A stretch of DNA of 20,000 nucleotides from Paramecium tetraurelia (GCA_000165425.1 CT868021.1:243759-263758), one strand, 5' to 3'; numbered from the stretch's first letter, positions 1 to 13,485 are shown. Notes: generated from the sequence alone by a model not told the origin. Program-made: numbers and translations.

Positions 1-206
1 GACAAAATTTGAATATACTCAAGTTCTTCGATTTCAGTGGTAACAATATTGATTTGGTATTTTTGGTTTGGATATAACATACTTCCAATACATTTATTTA
101 AATTGTCTTAGTTCTTATTCTTATTTAATACAATATAATAAAATATATACATTTGGTATTAGCATATCTTGATATAATATTTAAAAATCGATATTTCATA
201 TTAAAA

Positions 207-3200
207 ATGAAAACCTCTGATAAACTTCTTGTTTTGATATCTTGTATTTTCATTCTTGCTAGCCTTCCATAATATTAATGTTGCCCCTATAGCGAATATG
301 AGGAAGCTTTAATTCCTATTGAGTCACCTATTGATTTTAACTACTTTGATTCTTTTGTTACTTTGGATGCCGGTTAAACATTTGGTTTTGGTTATTGGAG
401 CCTTTGTGTTCCCTAATAAACTTTTAAGAATATTCCTTAAGTGGAATAAGAATACATAGCAGCCAATGCTGAATTTGGACAATTATTATTTTTAGTATAG
501 GGAAGTTCTGAGAATTCAGTGATAGGATTCCTAAGAATAGATTAGAATACTTTGCGAGTTTACAATACTATAATGATTTTAGGAAGTGACTTTTAAGTTA
601 TATAATTTGAGTATTAAACAATGAATTATGAAGGCAGATGGATTCTGAGCTTCATAACCTTTGAATTCAGTTCTGGAAACATCATTATTCAAATGACTGA
701 TCAAGTCACATAAATTGGGACAATGAATGTAGGATCTGACTTTATTTCAATATTTTAAGGAGGAAGTGGAAATGTAATATATATATATATACTAATTAGA
801 TCATGGGTCTTAATCTTAGCATTTTCAAAGGGAGATTGTCAAAAGTTTTTGTTAGCAAGGAAGAATATGTTGGTTAGGATTTATTTTAATATATGAATGA
901 TAATTGTTAAGTTCCTCTTCCTATGTAAGAGGAGCAAGTAACCTACTTTGTAAAAGGCTTGTAAATCTTTGAAGGGGATACCTCTCTCTAGTTTACGATA
1001 AATTAGTTTGGAAGTAAGTTCTGTTTATCTGGATGGGTGAAATATGATGCATCAAAGGTTGTTGATTTATCTAAATACCCATTGATTAGAATAAGTCTTT
1101 TTAAAAATTATTTTGACAGATAAAGCATCGGAGATGAGATATTCTTATTGTAAGTGTGGTTTTAGAAGTTACTACCTAGATTTACATAGGTTGTCGTCAA
1201 TGTAGACAATCATCAAATACCAATAATGGGGCTAATTGATTATAATATTTTAGCTGTAGTGTAAGACCTTTTGTTTGATGTCTGGTCAGAATATTATTTT
1301 GCAGGATTACAATAGTGGCATTTTATGAAATATGAATATGGTTCTAAAATACCTGGAAGAAGGAGTGTGTTTTAGATTCAATTCTATAATGAGCTTGGTT
1401 TACAGGAGACTTCTCATGACATTTCTGTGCCAACAAATTCTCCTTATTATGTTTATATAGGATCAGATGAATTTATCAATGAATTATTATAAGCATCGCT
1501 CTTCGATTTTAAATTCGAATACAATTATGTTGATGATAAACAGCTACTTTTCAATGGTAAAATAATTATTCTATTCTAGCCTGTCATTATTCTTGCTCAA
1601 TATGTGATGGACCACTCGAAAATAATTGTATAAGTTGTGAGGCTGATTCTAAGAGATTCTATTTGAATGAATAGAAAAAGTGTTAATGTCTACATGGTTA
1701 CATTGATATTCCAAATTAAAAAGTGTGTTAATCATTTGAATATCAATTTTCATCAGTTGTCTAATAAGAAGTGTTAAATCTTGGAGTTTCATAATGTTAA
1801 TTTGGATATTTTATCTATCCTAATGAAAATGGTTCGAATGATTGCATAAAATGGTACATATATTTAAATAAGTATGTAGCCCACAATCTAATTACTAGGA
1901 CGTTTTATGTGTTGATTGTGTGTATTACCCTTTGACTTGGTATTTAAAACCTATTTGTAAATTTGACTTAATCTCTGATAAAGTCACTGGAGATGATGCT
2001 TTCAAATATCAAAAAAGAGATTAATTGGATCAGGATTTTTATTTGATTAATCAAAATAAAGAGTTATCTCTTTATCCAGGTTACTTGGACTTTTGTGAAT
2101 TAGAATAGGACCCTATCAATTGTTTTTAAGCAAAAAGTTAACACTTAGGATAAACTATTGATGTTAAATGTAAGCCTAATTACTATTAAACTAATGGAGA
2201 CTGTACATTCAGTAATGTTAATTGTTTACAAGTATCTCTCAATGGAAGTTGTCTTCAAGTCAAAGATGGGATGTATCTACATAATGGATATTACTATTAG
2301 TGTCCTTAAAATTGTTTGACATGTAGTTATAATGGTGGAGATAACACTTCATAATGTCTATCTTGCATTGATCAATACACATTAGATGATGGTAGTTGTC
2401 TTCCTTGTGGTAATTTTTGCGGATTTTGCTAGAAATACTATGATGTCAATATTAATAGCTATTATTTAAAATGTTATAGGTGTTTAGATGATTCAAAATA
2501 TTATCTAACATTTGATGGAATAAGTTGCTAAGTGAATACTATACATCACTGTGACTATGCATTCTAGGCATTATAATCTAACTATCAGGTTAATACACTT
2601 GACCTCTATTTTACACCTAGAGATGATTGGGATAATATTATTACTACTTGCGGAAGATGCGAAAATGGTTATGGAATTATAATAAATTCTCAGATATGTC
2701 TTAGTATGAGAGAAGTGACATGTAATTTTTCGTACGTTGATCATATTTGCGACGTTGTCATAGATGATGCAATCTAAGAAGCTTTGTACTATGCTGAGTA
2801 CTATACAACTCCCAGTGGTGAATAGATAACTATGGGTTTTGATGATAGTTACAACATTATCTGTACAACAATACAATATTGTTTGATTAATCAAGTTTAA
2901 TACGATTATCCGACAGCAGATATAATTTAATTTAGTCAGCAATGTCCTTAATATATCGAAAATTGTGCTACTTGTTTAAAGGAGAAGGTATAATGGTGGG
3001 CTATTGTTCACATTTGTTTAGAATGTAAGAGTGGATACTATGCTGAAAGAATATCAGGTAAATGTTATTCGTGTCCACCTGAATTAAATTGTTATAATTG
3101 TGCTCAATAGTAAAGATTTTCAAAAGATTACTGGAAGATCAAAATCAGAGCTTTCTATTAAAAGTTTATTAATTATGACAATAATCATCCCTTTAAACTC

Positions 3201-6200
3201 AATTCTCAAAGTGAAGACAAGAATGATTATGAAGTAATTTGTACTATGTGCATTAATGGTTATTAACTGGTGAATTAAAAGTGTATCAATGCATGTCCTG
3301 ACTCATGTTTGGAGTGTAAATACATTAATGGTGAGAACTAATGTGTTAGATGTGAATTGGAATAAAAAGGTAGGAGACTAAGTTTATCTAATAACTAATG
3401 CATAGCTTGTCCATAAAATTGTGCATTATGTAGAGTTCGATCATCCGATGAAATCTCAGCAATTAACCCTCTGTTTAATAATAATAACTACTATACATAT
3501 ACTTATCAGTGTCTAAAGAGCTTTGAAGATTAATAATACTATTATGATTAAGAATTGGGAAGTTTTATCTAGTGCACAAATAGTAATAATTGTTAAAAGC
3601 AGATTAAAATACCGATTAATTTGTATTGTTCTTAGTAAGATTACACATCAGCCTTGGATTCAATGTTGACATCATATTAAAAAACGAAATTTCAATAAGA
3701 GAATGTATTTTTAGAAGATCTAATATCTGGAAATAGTTTTAAACAAGTAATTACTATTCATATTTATTTTAGTTTGAAACTGACGATTTTTACTTATCAG
3801 CCAATTCAATGTTAATTAAGACAATTATTATAAATATCGTTAGTGTCAAACCATAAACATGTAGAATTCCAGGAAACGCCATAGTTTAACAAGTTTTTAG
3901 TACTAATATATTTTCAGCAATGTAAATATTAAACGTATTTTAGAAACGTTGAACTGAATATCTAATTAAATTATAACACTATCATTGAGTATGAAAGATC
4001 AATCACATTCTATAATTTTAATAAAATTACAATCAAAGGTGGCCACTTCTAACCAATTTATAATAACAAATTAAAATCAATAATATTTTAAAGTAAAATA
4101 CCGTAAACGATACTCCTTGACACCATTGAATATCAACAATTAAATTAAGAAAATGATTAATCTAGAATTCTATTTCATGATATCAAGAAGTTAACCCTAA
4201 TCAATTTCAAAGTATTGGATCTTATGCAAACAAAAAATGCCCAATTCATCTACATTGCAGAAACTCCTTTTGTCAAATCAATAAAGCTACAATCTTTTTA
4301 GATTCTTAATTCTATCCTTCTAAATTAAATCACTTTCTTTTTTAATCTTAACAAAAATGATATTATTGAAATCGAAGATTTGTAAGTGAATGCAAAATTC
4401 ACAAATTCAACATTAATAGATACAAGCTTATAAATATAATCTGGATCTCTTGTAATACAAAATTTCAACCTATAAATAGATATACATGATTGTAATGCTT
4501 TTTTAAATTTTTATCTACTAAAAGAAGTCACACTAGAAGGAATCTAGTTAAAAAATTCCTTGATTTAGTAGTCTACTCTGATAATTCTAAATAATAATAA
4601 TAGAATAGATAATCTTGTCATTAAAGATTGTAACTTTAAAGAACATAGTTTCGGAGTTGTAAATTCTGAGATGCTTCAATTAAGTAATTTAGAAATCTAG
4701 TTATCAAATATTGTCATAGAACATAATGAATATGATCAAACAACTAAATTGCTATCATTTAATAAATACAACTATGAAAATTCAAGAATTTAAATTAAGA
4801 CGATCATGATATCAAAAAATTATGTGCATTCCATTAGCGAGGATTTTACATTAAACACCTATAGCTCCTGTTTTATCTATATCTCTTTTCATGATATATA
4901 AATCTCAGAGATGGATATAATACGAGGAATTGGATTAATAGATATCAGTATTGTTGAGGCTAGTTCATTAAGAATAACCTCTAGCAGAATTACTTAAAAT
5001 GACGATTATAAATTTCTGGGGCTTCATCAATATCTTGATTGCTAGTTACAATAGGTGATGGGTGAATATTATTTGCAATCTCTTTTTGTCACTTCTGTTG
5101 TTAATTTTGAGATAGATGATTTGCAAATTAAGTTTGCTTAATCATACAACTCTCCAATTTTATATTATAAGTCATCTGACAAAGTGAAATAATAACAATT
5201 TGAAATAATTCGCTTTTCTAATCTAGTAGTAGAATCAAATTTATTATTATTATCAAACTCAAAATATTAAACTGCTATCATCTTTGTTGACTCAGTTTAA
5301 TAAACTACTATAGAATTATCAAATATTACATTTTTTGGAAACATTTTGCATGAATACGTTTAGAATAATCTTTAAATTTCTTCTTTGCTTTTAAATTTAA
5401 ATTGTATTTTAGGAGCCATTACTATCAAAAATTCAAATTTCCTCAAGAATACTGTTTATAATGCAACTGACACCATAATTTATATTAAAAGTCAGAAAAT
5501 AGTTTTTGAAAATTGCACATTCTATTAGAATAGTTATTTTAATTATTAATTAATCTAACCTTATTTATTATGGGGATTTTCAAAATCAGAAATAGTATAT
5601 TCTGAAGAAATAAACTAAATATTTCAAGTTAAATCAACATCTGGAGTAGCCTAATTATTGGTCGAAAGTTTGGAAGTACTATTTTGTAATTTTGAGTAAT
5701 CGGTAGGCTTCTTCGGAGGAGCTATGCAAATTGAAGCTTAAAAAAATAGCATTATTTCTATTTCACAAACAACATTTAAGAATATCTCTACTCCATTCTC
5801 CTAAGATTTAGGGTTTGGAGGAGCTATATATTTAGACAGTACTTCAGCTTAATCTCTTCAAGTCTTTATAAATGAAATATCTGTTGAAAACATATTAGTT
5901 AAAGAATAAGGAGGTTTCATTTACATTCAATCAGATTGTCCCTAAGTAAATATCGAATTTTAGCACATAAATATTCATAATGTTTTTTCTAAGCAAGGCT
6001 CAATTTTATATGCAATATTCTCTTCTACTTCTTAAATTTAACAAATTGTAAAAATTAATTCACTTTTTGTCTAAAACACTGAGGAAGGATTTAAAAGCTA
6101 CTTAAATAAATATACCCAACCTTCAAAAACAGAAGAAATAACTATTTTAAATAATAGAGCCTTATTTTATATTAATTCAGCAAGCAATGTTGTTTTCTAA

Positions 6201-9200
6201 AATATCGAAATTGATAATATCTTCTTAGAGTCTGCACTACAAATTAATAATGCTTTGGTCGTATCAATTCAGAATTTTAAAATATCAAATAGTATCATTA
6301 GCAATGTACTTATTAGATTGCAACCTAACCAATGTAAATATAATAATGTATTTTAGATATCTCAAATACCATTCAGATGAATGGTTTGATAATTTCAAAC
6401 ATAAGTATTGCATTACAATTAAAGAGCTATAATTGCTAGTAATAATCTGATCAAGATTATACTTAATTTTTTAAATGTCTCTAAAATGCTCAAAATAATA
6501 AAGCACCACTCAACTTGCTATAACATTATGTTTACTCAGACCTTTCTTATGGAGATTGCATATATAATTAAACGCTTAAATAGAATTAGCACGCAAATAA
6601 TTTGATAATCGAAAATATATAGTCTGGAATACTAGTCTTTTAAGAACTCACAGCATTATCTTAATTTAAGTTGGATAATATATTATTTACATAAATAAAT
6701 TGTACTTTTTGTTAAAATGGGTTGATTTACTTATCTTTTTTGAAAGTTGAAGGTCTCTTAATGAAATAACACATTTCTAAACTGAAAGTATCAAATTCTT
6801 CATGTGGATTTAATGGTTGTTTGTTTATATCTAAAGAAAATTCAAATGTCCGTCGATTACTTACAAATCAAGAAATGTACTTATAATCCATGAATTTTGA
6901 AATTTATGTTGAAAATTATATTTGTTAATTCAACAGAGCTTAGAATGGAACTTGTTTATTTGCAGAAAATGTTAAAGTCTTAATTGAAAATTCTGTTTTT
7001 CAATACAACAATGCATCTGGAACAGGAGGGGCAATTGTAATTAAAATGAATTAGGACGTCTTAATAAAAAGTAGCTTAATTTAGCACAATTAAGCATAAA
7101 TAGCAGGAGGGATATATTTGGTTAATTAATAGGATATGGATTATTTTAAGCTTGGAACTGTTTTTGATAATAATAGTGCTGAATAATTTGGAAACGATAG
7201 GGTGTCAATACCTTAAAAATTAACTGTTACTTTTAATGATGAAAATTCTCTATTATCAACAATAATTACTACAGAAACATAAGATTTATTAGTTGAATAA
7301 GTTTAATTACAACATAGCGAACTACTTCAAACTTCGTATATTTTGTTGCCAAGTGGTCAAAAGATTTCTTCTTATTAGGAATTTTCTAAAGAAAAAAGAT
7401 CTTATACTGATTTAGATTATAAATTTAGAGTAATAGCTTTGAGCAAAGATAATAGTGTGATGAAAAACCTGAAGAATTCATATTGTGAAATTGATAGTAG
7501 GAGTTTGAATACATCAAATTTGGTGGATGACGAAATATTTAGTAATAATTTTACAAGTATAAATCAGATAAATTTTAATGATTTCACTAAAGATTATAAT
7601 TTAGATGATTTGATAATCTATTTTGACAATGCATTACCTTCTGAGATTGTTTTATAATTACAATTTAGATGCAATTCAATTGTAATTCCTATTTATAATG
7701 AATAATATCCATATAATTTGATAAATTCTCACAAGAATTACAAATTAAGGATGAATATTAAGACTTTGAGTTGTTAATATGGAGAGATAAAAAATAGCAC
7801 TGATTTTTCTTGTATTCCATGTAATAATGACTAAGGCCTTTTTTCGTTAAACATAAATTCTGAAAAATGTGAGTTGAAGGATGATATTTCAACTATAAGT
7901 GTCTAACCAGCTTTATTAAATTTAAAATTTGGATTTTGGAGACCTTATTTTTAGAGCAATATTGTCAGTTATTGTCTGAATTTAGAAGATAATTGTTTAG
8001 GCGGTTGGGAAGAAGGTGACAGTTCTTGTTTTCTAGGACATATTGGAGCACTATGTGAATAATGCGATTTGTATAACACAAGGGGAGATGGTGAATATTC
8101 GATTAGTTAGAAATATTCTTGTGGATCATGCTTAGAAAAAGAGAAGAATGCGGTGATTATAACTTTCGTGAGTATATGGTATATATTATATATAAAATGA
8201 TAGGACCTTAGTTTCCATATTAGTTTCAGTGCAAAGTACTTTAAAAGCTATAGAAGAATTCGTTAGAATAATTAGTATTATGTTGCTAGGATTAGCAGTT
8301 ACTTAAAATACAAATTAGTCTGCGATATTAATAAAAATGTTGACGAATTATTTGTAGATCATTTCCTCAATAGCTACATTTTAATTAAAATTACCAAATG
8401 GACTACAAAGTACAATTAATTCAGTTGGATCTCCAATTCAGACTATGACGTATTCATTGGATTGCTTTCTATCTCATGTTTTTACATTTGAAATTCAATA
8501 TGCTAGAATGGTTTGGTAAATAATTATGCCATTTCTTTATATTACATTCTTTTTATTTTGTTATTTACTTGTTGTCAAATTTAAAAATATACCCTTTAAT
8601 AGAAGTGTCATTACAACTACACTCATCTATATGTACATCTATTTATAGCCAAGTTTAATCGGAGGGTTTGTTCAACTGATATCCTACAGAGAAATTTCAG
8701 GTTAAAAATGGGTACAATCAAATGTTTCTTAGAGATTTGATACACCTTATCACGTAAGATGGATGATTGAACTTTGTTTGCCTATGCTTTTGCTTCTAGC
8801 GATTCTTATCCCAATCTATTTCTTTTATGGCCTTTACAGTAATTCACACTAATTAGATGACAAGAAGGTTAGGTTATAATGGGGTTACCTTTATAATGAA
8901 TACACTAAAACAGCTTATTTTTGGGAAGTGATCAAAATATTACAGAAAGAACTAATGATCATTTTTTTGACATATTATGATGACAGTGTCATTATTAAAG
9001 CGACCATCATTTCATTAATTATAGGAGTGTATTTAGAATTAAGTCTGAAGTACAAACCTTATAATCTGAATAATCTAAATAAATTAGATTACTATTCAAC
9101 AAATGTCTGTTTAGCGTCAATTGCTTTAGCTATTGGTATCTATATTTCAGAATAATCAAATTCAAAAGAAATACAAATTCCTTATGCTATAGTGATTTCT

Positions 9201-9779
9201 ATTTTGAATCTACATATCACATATACATTAATATCAAAGATTTTAGTTGAATATTTGAGGGAGAAGAGCAGTAATTTAGATGAAAAGGTGGACAAAGTTA
9301 GGAATAGTATCAGAAATACGCTACCTTGGTTAAATAAAATCCCATTTATGAGAAGAATATTAGCAGATCGCAGTGACTAACGTATTCGAGTCGCCAAATT
9401 ATACTTTAAATTAAAATAATTTCTAATTCCTCAAGCAAAAGAAATTATAGCCTTTAAAAACTACTAGTGGTAAATTGCTCTGGAGAGAAACATGGAACAA
9501 AATGTAGATACCATTCCTTTGAGTCTAAGAAGCCCAGCTCAAGCAAAAGAAAGATAGTAATTTATAAGAAAATCAATTCGAGATAACTCAATACAATAAT
9601 CAAGAAATACTATCACTGCGTTTGTATTAGAAAAAATGTAAATATAATGTTCTAATAACTATAGGAAATAGAGACGAGTTGATTAGATGGCAGAAATCTT
9701 TGAAGTTAAGAGATAAAAATCCTCTAGAGTTACTCCTGCTCAAAGCGAAAAGTACATTAAGGATAACGATGAAGATTGA
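207..9779 (+). CDS. Giant (about 3133 aa) multi-pass membrane/surface protein with Cys-rich furin/EGF-like repeats and a pectin-lyase-like beta-helix. Exons 207-773, 800-1556, 1580-1853, 1880-3746, 3773-3921, 3944-6333, 6357-8178, 8204-9779 (ciliate code, table 6)
   Basis: ATG at 207 opens MKTSDKLLVLISCIFILASLPQYQC, a signal-peptide-like start. With TAA/TAG=Gln the frame stays open across seven GT-AG introns whose phases all reconcile (9573-171=9402 nt, 3134 codons including TGA at 9777-9779). Cys motifs include CHYSCSICDGPLENNCISC, CPQNCLTC and CPDSCLEC. GGA(M/I) motifs occur near 5715, 5817 and 7025. CLGGWEEGDSSCFLGHIGALCEQCD precedes the hydrophobic segments and WGYLYNEY...YFWEVIKI. Track ORFs 7439, 8928 and 9192 are in-frame pieces of this gene. 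Confidence 0.93.
774..799 (+). other. Spliceosomal intron 1 (26 nt, phase 0)
   Basis: gtaatatatatatatatactaattag; removal joins GGSGN to IMGLNLSIFKGRLS. Confidence 0.9.
1557..1579 (+). other. Spliceosomal intron 2 (23 nt, phase 1)
   Basis: gtaaaataattattctattctag; removal gives LFN-A-CHYSCSIC. Confidence 0.9.
1854..1879 (+). other. Spliceosomal intron 3 (26 nt, phase 2)
   Basis: gtacatatatttaaataagtatgtag; removal gives DCIK-C-PQSNY. Confidence 0.88.
3747..3772 (+). other. Spliceosomal intron 4 (26 nt, phase 0)
   Basis: gtaattactattcatatttattttag; removal gives SFKQ-FETDDFY. Confidence 0.9.
3922..3943 (+). other. Spliceosomal intron 5 (22 nt, phase 2)
   Basis: gtaaatattaaacgtattttag; removal gives NIFSA-I-NVELNI. 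Confidence 0.9.
6334..6356 (+). other. Spliceosomal intron 6 (23 nt, phase 1)
   Basis: gtaaatataataatgtattttag; removal gives LQPNQ-Y-ISNTIQM. Confidence 0.88.
8179..8203 (+). other. Spliceosomal intron 7 (25 nt, phase 2)
   Basis: gtatatattatatataaaatgatag; removal gives FVSI-W-TLVSILVSV inside the first transmembrane segment. Confidence 0.9.
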
Positions 9780-10641
9780 TCAAATAAATAAATTATAAAT
9801 CAGTATTTTTAAAACAAAGATGCTTTCTTTATTAAATAATTGATTATTCTGTTAATTAATGAAAAAAAATATCAAAACCTTGTAAACATTATCTATAAGA
9901 TAAGCATAATTGATATTAGAAAAGACACAGTATAAATTTTTATTTTGTGTTAAACCATAAGTAAAAAAACATTAGTATATTTATAAAATTATATAATTTA
10001 TTACCTGAAAATGTTCAAATTTATGAATTAGTATATCAAAAATTTTAGGTTTTATTATTTTAAATTTTATAATGCGCGTATCCTCCTTTAGATGAGTAAA
10101 ATAATTTAAAAATGTATTTTGTTTCCGATTTAGACTTAACTTATATATATTTCTTTTTGCCCTAATCAAAAATTTCAACCTTAAATTCTTGATTACATTG
10201 CAATATTTTTGAATTAGGAGTGTTCAATCTATGCATTTTGAGGTGTAATATATAAAAGTTCCTTTTTATATTCTTTAAGTAAGATGTATTGGTAACATTA
10301 AATGACACAAGGTACAAGTCTTTATCTCAGCAGAGATATATCTCATAAGGTTGTTTACTTATTTATTTTATTATTTTAAATATTATTATTTAATAAATAA
10401 GTTTACACATATCAACATCACATGAAGGTCTTATTAATCTATAATTTTTGAACTAACATACAACTGAATCTCCTTGATTGAGTTTTCAATTGTATAACCA
10501 GCAAAATAAAAACTTATATTTTATTCATTTATATTAATTATATATTGGTTTTAAAGTATTGGATCAAATAAATTTTTTTATAATTAATAAAACAGTTGAT
10601 ACTTTAAACTTTTTGATTATAGTAATAAATTCAAATCCAAA

Positions 10642-12600
10642 ATGAAATTATTAATATATTTTTTTAATTAAATATCTTGATTTTCATTGACTTGATTACT
10701 TACAGAAGCGCCTGCCTTATAAAATTAACTTGAAAATGATTTAAATTTTGCATATATAGAGCAACTGTCGAATTAGGTATTAAGCCCTTTAATGATAATC
10801 CTTAAATTGAAAATTCAACTATTGTAAGCTTTTCACTTATGAATTTTTTAATTAAGAAAATTAATAGTTGCTAATATTGTTATATTTAATCATGTCAAAA
10901 TTTATTTAAACTAACTTGCCAAATTTAGTTCGTTCAAAATTGATACTTTCTTAATCAATTTATAATAATAGATTATTTTACATACTAAATCATATTCAAT
11001 TCTTATATTTCCTAACCTCCATATAAATAATGTTAGGTTTTAAATGAATAAACTTCTTTTAAATACTGTGTTATTAAAATCTAAACTAATTTCTAAATGC
11101 ATTTTTGCTTTTTTAGTTGACTAACAAATCACATTCTAGGTCTTCTTTAACATTTATGCGACTATTAAAAGCTTTCCTCCTATCTTGATTCCTTTCTATG
11201 CAGTAGAGACTATAATACAGTTAATTTGTAACTTTGTGTTTAAAGGAATAACCCAAGTTCTTCTAAATACTTAAATATTCAAATAGTTATTTCCCTATTT
11301 AAGTAGCTAGGCAAGAAATTTTCCCTGACTAATACAGTTTAAGGATAAATGCATAATGTTGATATGAAAGGAAGAAAAAAGAATTCTTAAAAGAGAATAT
11401 ATTTTGAATGTCTTTTCTTAAATGCAGTACTTATAGTTAGTTAGTTAGAAAAACTCGGTGGGAAATACTTCCACGGCTAGAGTTTATTTTATTAAAAAAC
11501 ATTTCTTATATAAATTTACTGTTATGAATTTGGACTGTTACCAATACAAATTTGAAAGCATGCAAAACCATTTTTATCCAACTGTTTTCAATAATATTTG
11601 GGGGGATTTTATGTTTGAATAATTCTTTTGCATTTTTTCTTCTCTAACAGTAACCAACATTTTGGATGACAGGTCTTGTAAGAAAAAGTAGTCTAATCTA
11701 AGTATATAAGCTAATAGCTTTCATTAACAAAGTATAATAAATGTAAAGTATAAAGTAGCCTGATATGTTTTCTATTTTATGTAAAATAGCCTTAATTTTT
11801 GAGTTTTGTTTGCAGAAAAGTTATAAATCTTTGATATTTTTGGAATGTTTTAAGAGAGACAACATCATTTCCTTATTCAAATTCCTTCAGAAAAGATTAA
11901 AGTATGGTTATGAATTCCACAAACCTTTTAAATTTGATTGATTCGCATATTACCTTAACCAATCTAGGTGATTTTGAGTAAAATGAAATTATAATTAAAG
12001 TGAACTGCTGACTGGGATTTATTTCTATACTATAATATAGTTAATTTTCTGATAGTCTAGTCAGTGCTGAAATGTAAGTTCGAGTGCAACCAATCTCATT
12101 TTAGTTCCCTAATAATAATATGACAATTTTGTTTAATAATCCAAGCTTATCAAACAGGTATACTTTTTTAGAAATCCTTCTTTTAATATTTTAAATAGTT
12201 AATAATGCTGCTTGATTATAGACAGTATTAACTTCTATAAAATTTAAATTATTTGATGGTGGACATTTTACATTCTTTATCGTGTTATTTCTAATTTATT
12301 TAAGTTGTTTCAGAAGATAACTATTTGGCTTGCATCTATAATGGATTTAGAATATTTGTTATTTAAAAATAAACTTTTATTGCAATCCTGAATGTTATTC
12401 AGTTGCATCCACCTCCAACAATTAATGCTTTAATTCGAATTACAAAAATACATAAAATATAGGTAATTTGATGGTAAAGGTTAGTTTAAATAAAGAAGCA
12501 TAAATTTACATGGATTTTGGAAAAATATATTTAATTTAAGAAAATAAATTTGGAATTCAAAAAAAATATGATCATCTCTATTTTCTATTAACATTCTTAG
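10642..12600 (+). pseudogene. Putative decayed gene remnant(s), possibly a surface/membrane protein; boundaries approximate
   Basis: Protein-like stretches in shifting frames, broken by TGA and frameshifts: ATVELGIKPFNDNPQIENSTIVSF; KEEKRILKREYILNVFSQ...QKNSVGNTSTARVYF; SDSLVSAEMQVRVQPISFQFP; and a hydrophobic FTFFIVLFLIYLSCF near 12270. No family confidently recognised. Confidence 0.3.
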
Positions 12601-13031
12601 GATGATCACTGATGGTAAACCTTATTTTTTAAATAAATACTTTGTTATCTGAATCTTCATAGAGGAAATCGCAAACAGATTGGAGTCCTTTCATCAAATC
12701 TTCCAACATAGTTATGTCATTATTTGGTAGTTCTTCCAAATTCATTTACTTTTTTTTCTCTTCTTAATTTCTATAAACCTTGTTACACTTTCAACTTCTG
12801 TAGTCCACTTCTAAAAAATCAAATGATAATCTTATATAATCCCATACAAGTTTTAAATAAAGTCTCATGCAATTAGCACAATTGTATTGTTCTTTAACCC
12901 ATTCGAAAATATATTATTTCGAACAGGATCGATCTACTCATTCTTTGGTCAAGTAATAATTCAGCCGATATTAGTTAACTCTAGAATTAATTCTATATTT
13001 TTGGGTTCACTTCAGTTTCGCTCTTTTTCAT
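12572..13031 (-). pseudogene. Decayed RING-finger-like gene remnant (resembles a TRIM37-type RING region)
   Basis: Minus strand reads MKKSETEVNPKIQNQFQSQLISAELLLDQRM, then after a frameshift CSKQYIFEWVKEQYNCANCMRLYLKL, a possible intron at 12811-12847, KWTTEVESVTRFIE, then after another frameshift MNLEELPNNDITMLEDLMKGLQSVCDFLYEDSDNK to TGA at 12572. Several zinc ligands are missing. Confidence 0.4.
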
Positions 13032-13485
13032 GATTATGATACCTACTCATGGATTTGATTTCATTTTCTTAAGTTATTTGAATATATTCTCTTTATTAGT
13101 CTTATTATTTATAAAATTAACCCTCAATTCAATTTTTCTGAAATCAAATTAATAGTTAAAACATCTAATATTCCAACAAAATATTCTAAACATTGAAACT
13201 ATTTTATACATATTTTGTATTATACTAGTACTTGACATATTATTTTTAAGTTATATATAAACATCTTACGTTGATCTATCTATTCTTTACAAAACAATAT
13301 ATAGGAATGAGTATTTCTACATTAGATCTCCCTCCTTATTTACCTAAATTATTCTAATTGCATATTTTGAATAACATTTTTCTAAGCAAAACTCTTAGCT
13401 TAACTTGCAATATAATTAAAAAACAATTATTTTATGTTATAAGGTAACAAAAATAAATTACTGATGATCAAATTTGATTTATTAG

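Noticed and set aside
1..206. Possible 3' end of an upstream gene (frame 2 ends in TGA at 50-52)
   Set aside because: Too short to support; treated as unassigned upstream sequence.
2571..2942. 123-aa minus-strand ORF from the track
   Set aside because: Antisense shadow of exon 4 of the giant gene; no independent coding features.
6250..6432. 60-aa plus-strand ORF from the track
   Set aside because: Out of frame with both flanking exons and reads through intron 6.
7439..9380. Track ORFs at 7439, 8928 and 9192 as separate genes
   Set aside because: They are in-frame pieces of the giant gene, cut at TAA/TAG codons that encode Gln.
10333..10344. 12-bp palindrome GAGATATATCTC
   Set aside because: Isolated; expected by chance in 20 kb of AT-rich DNA.
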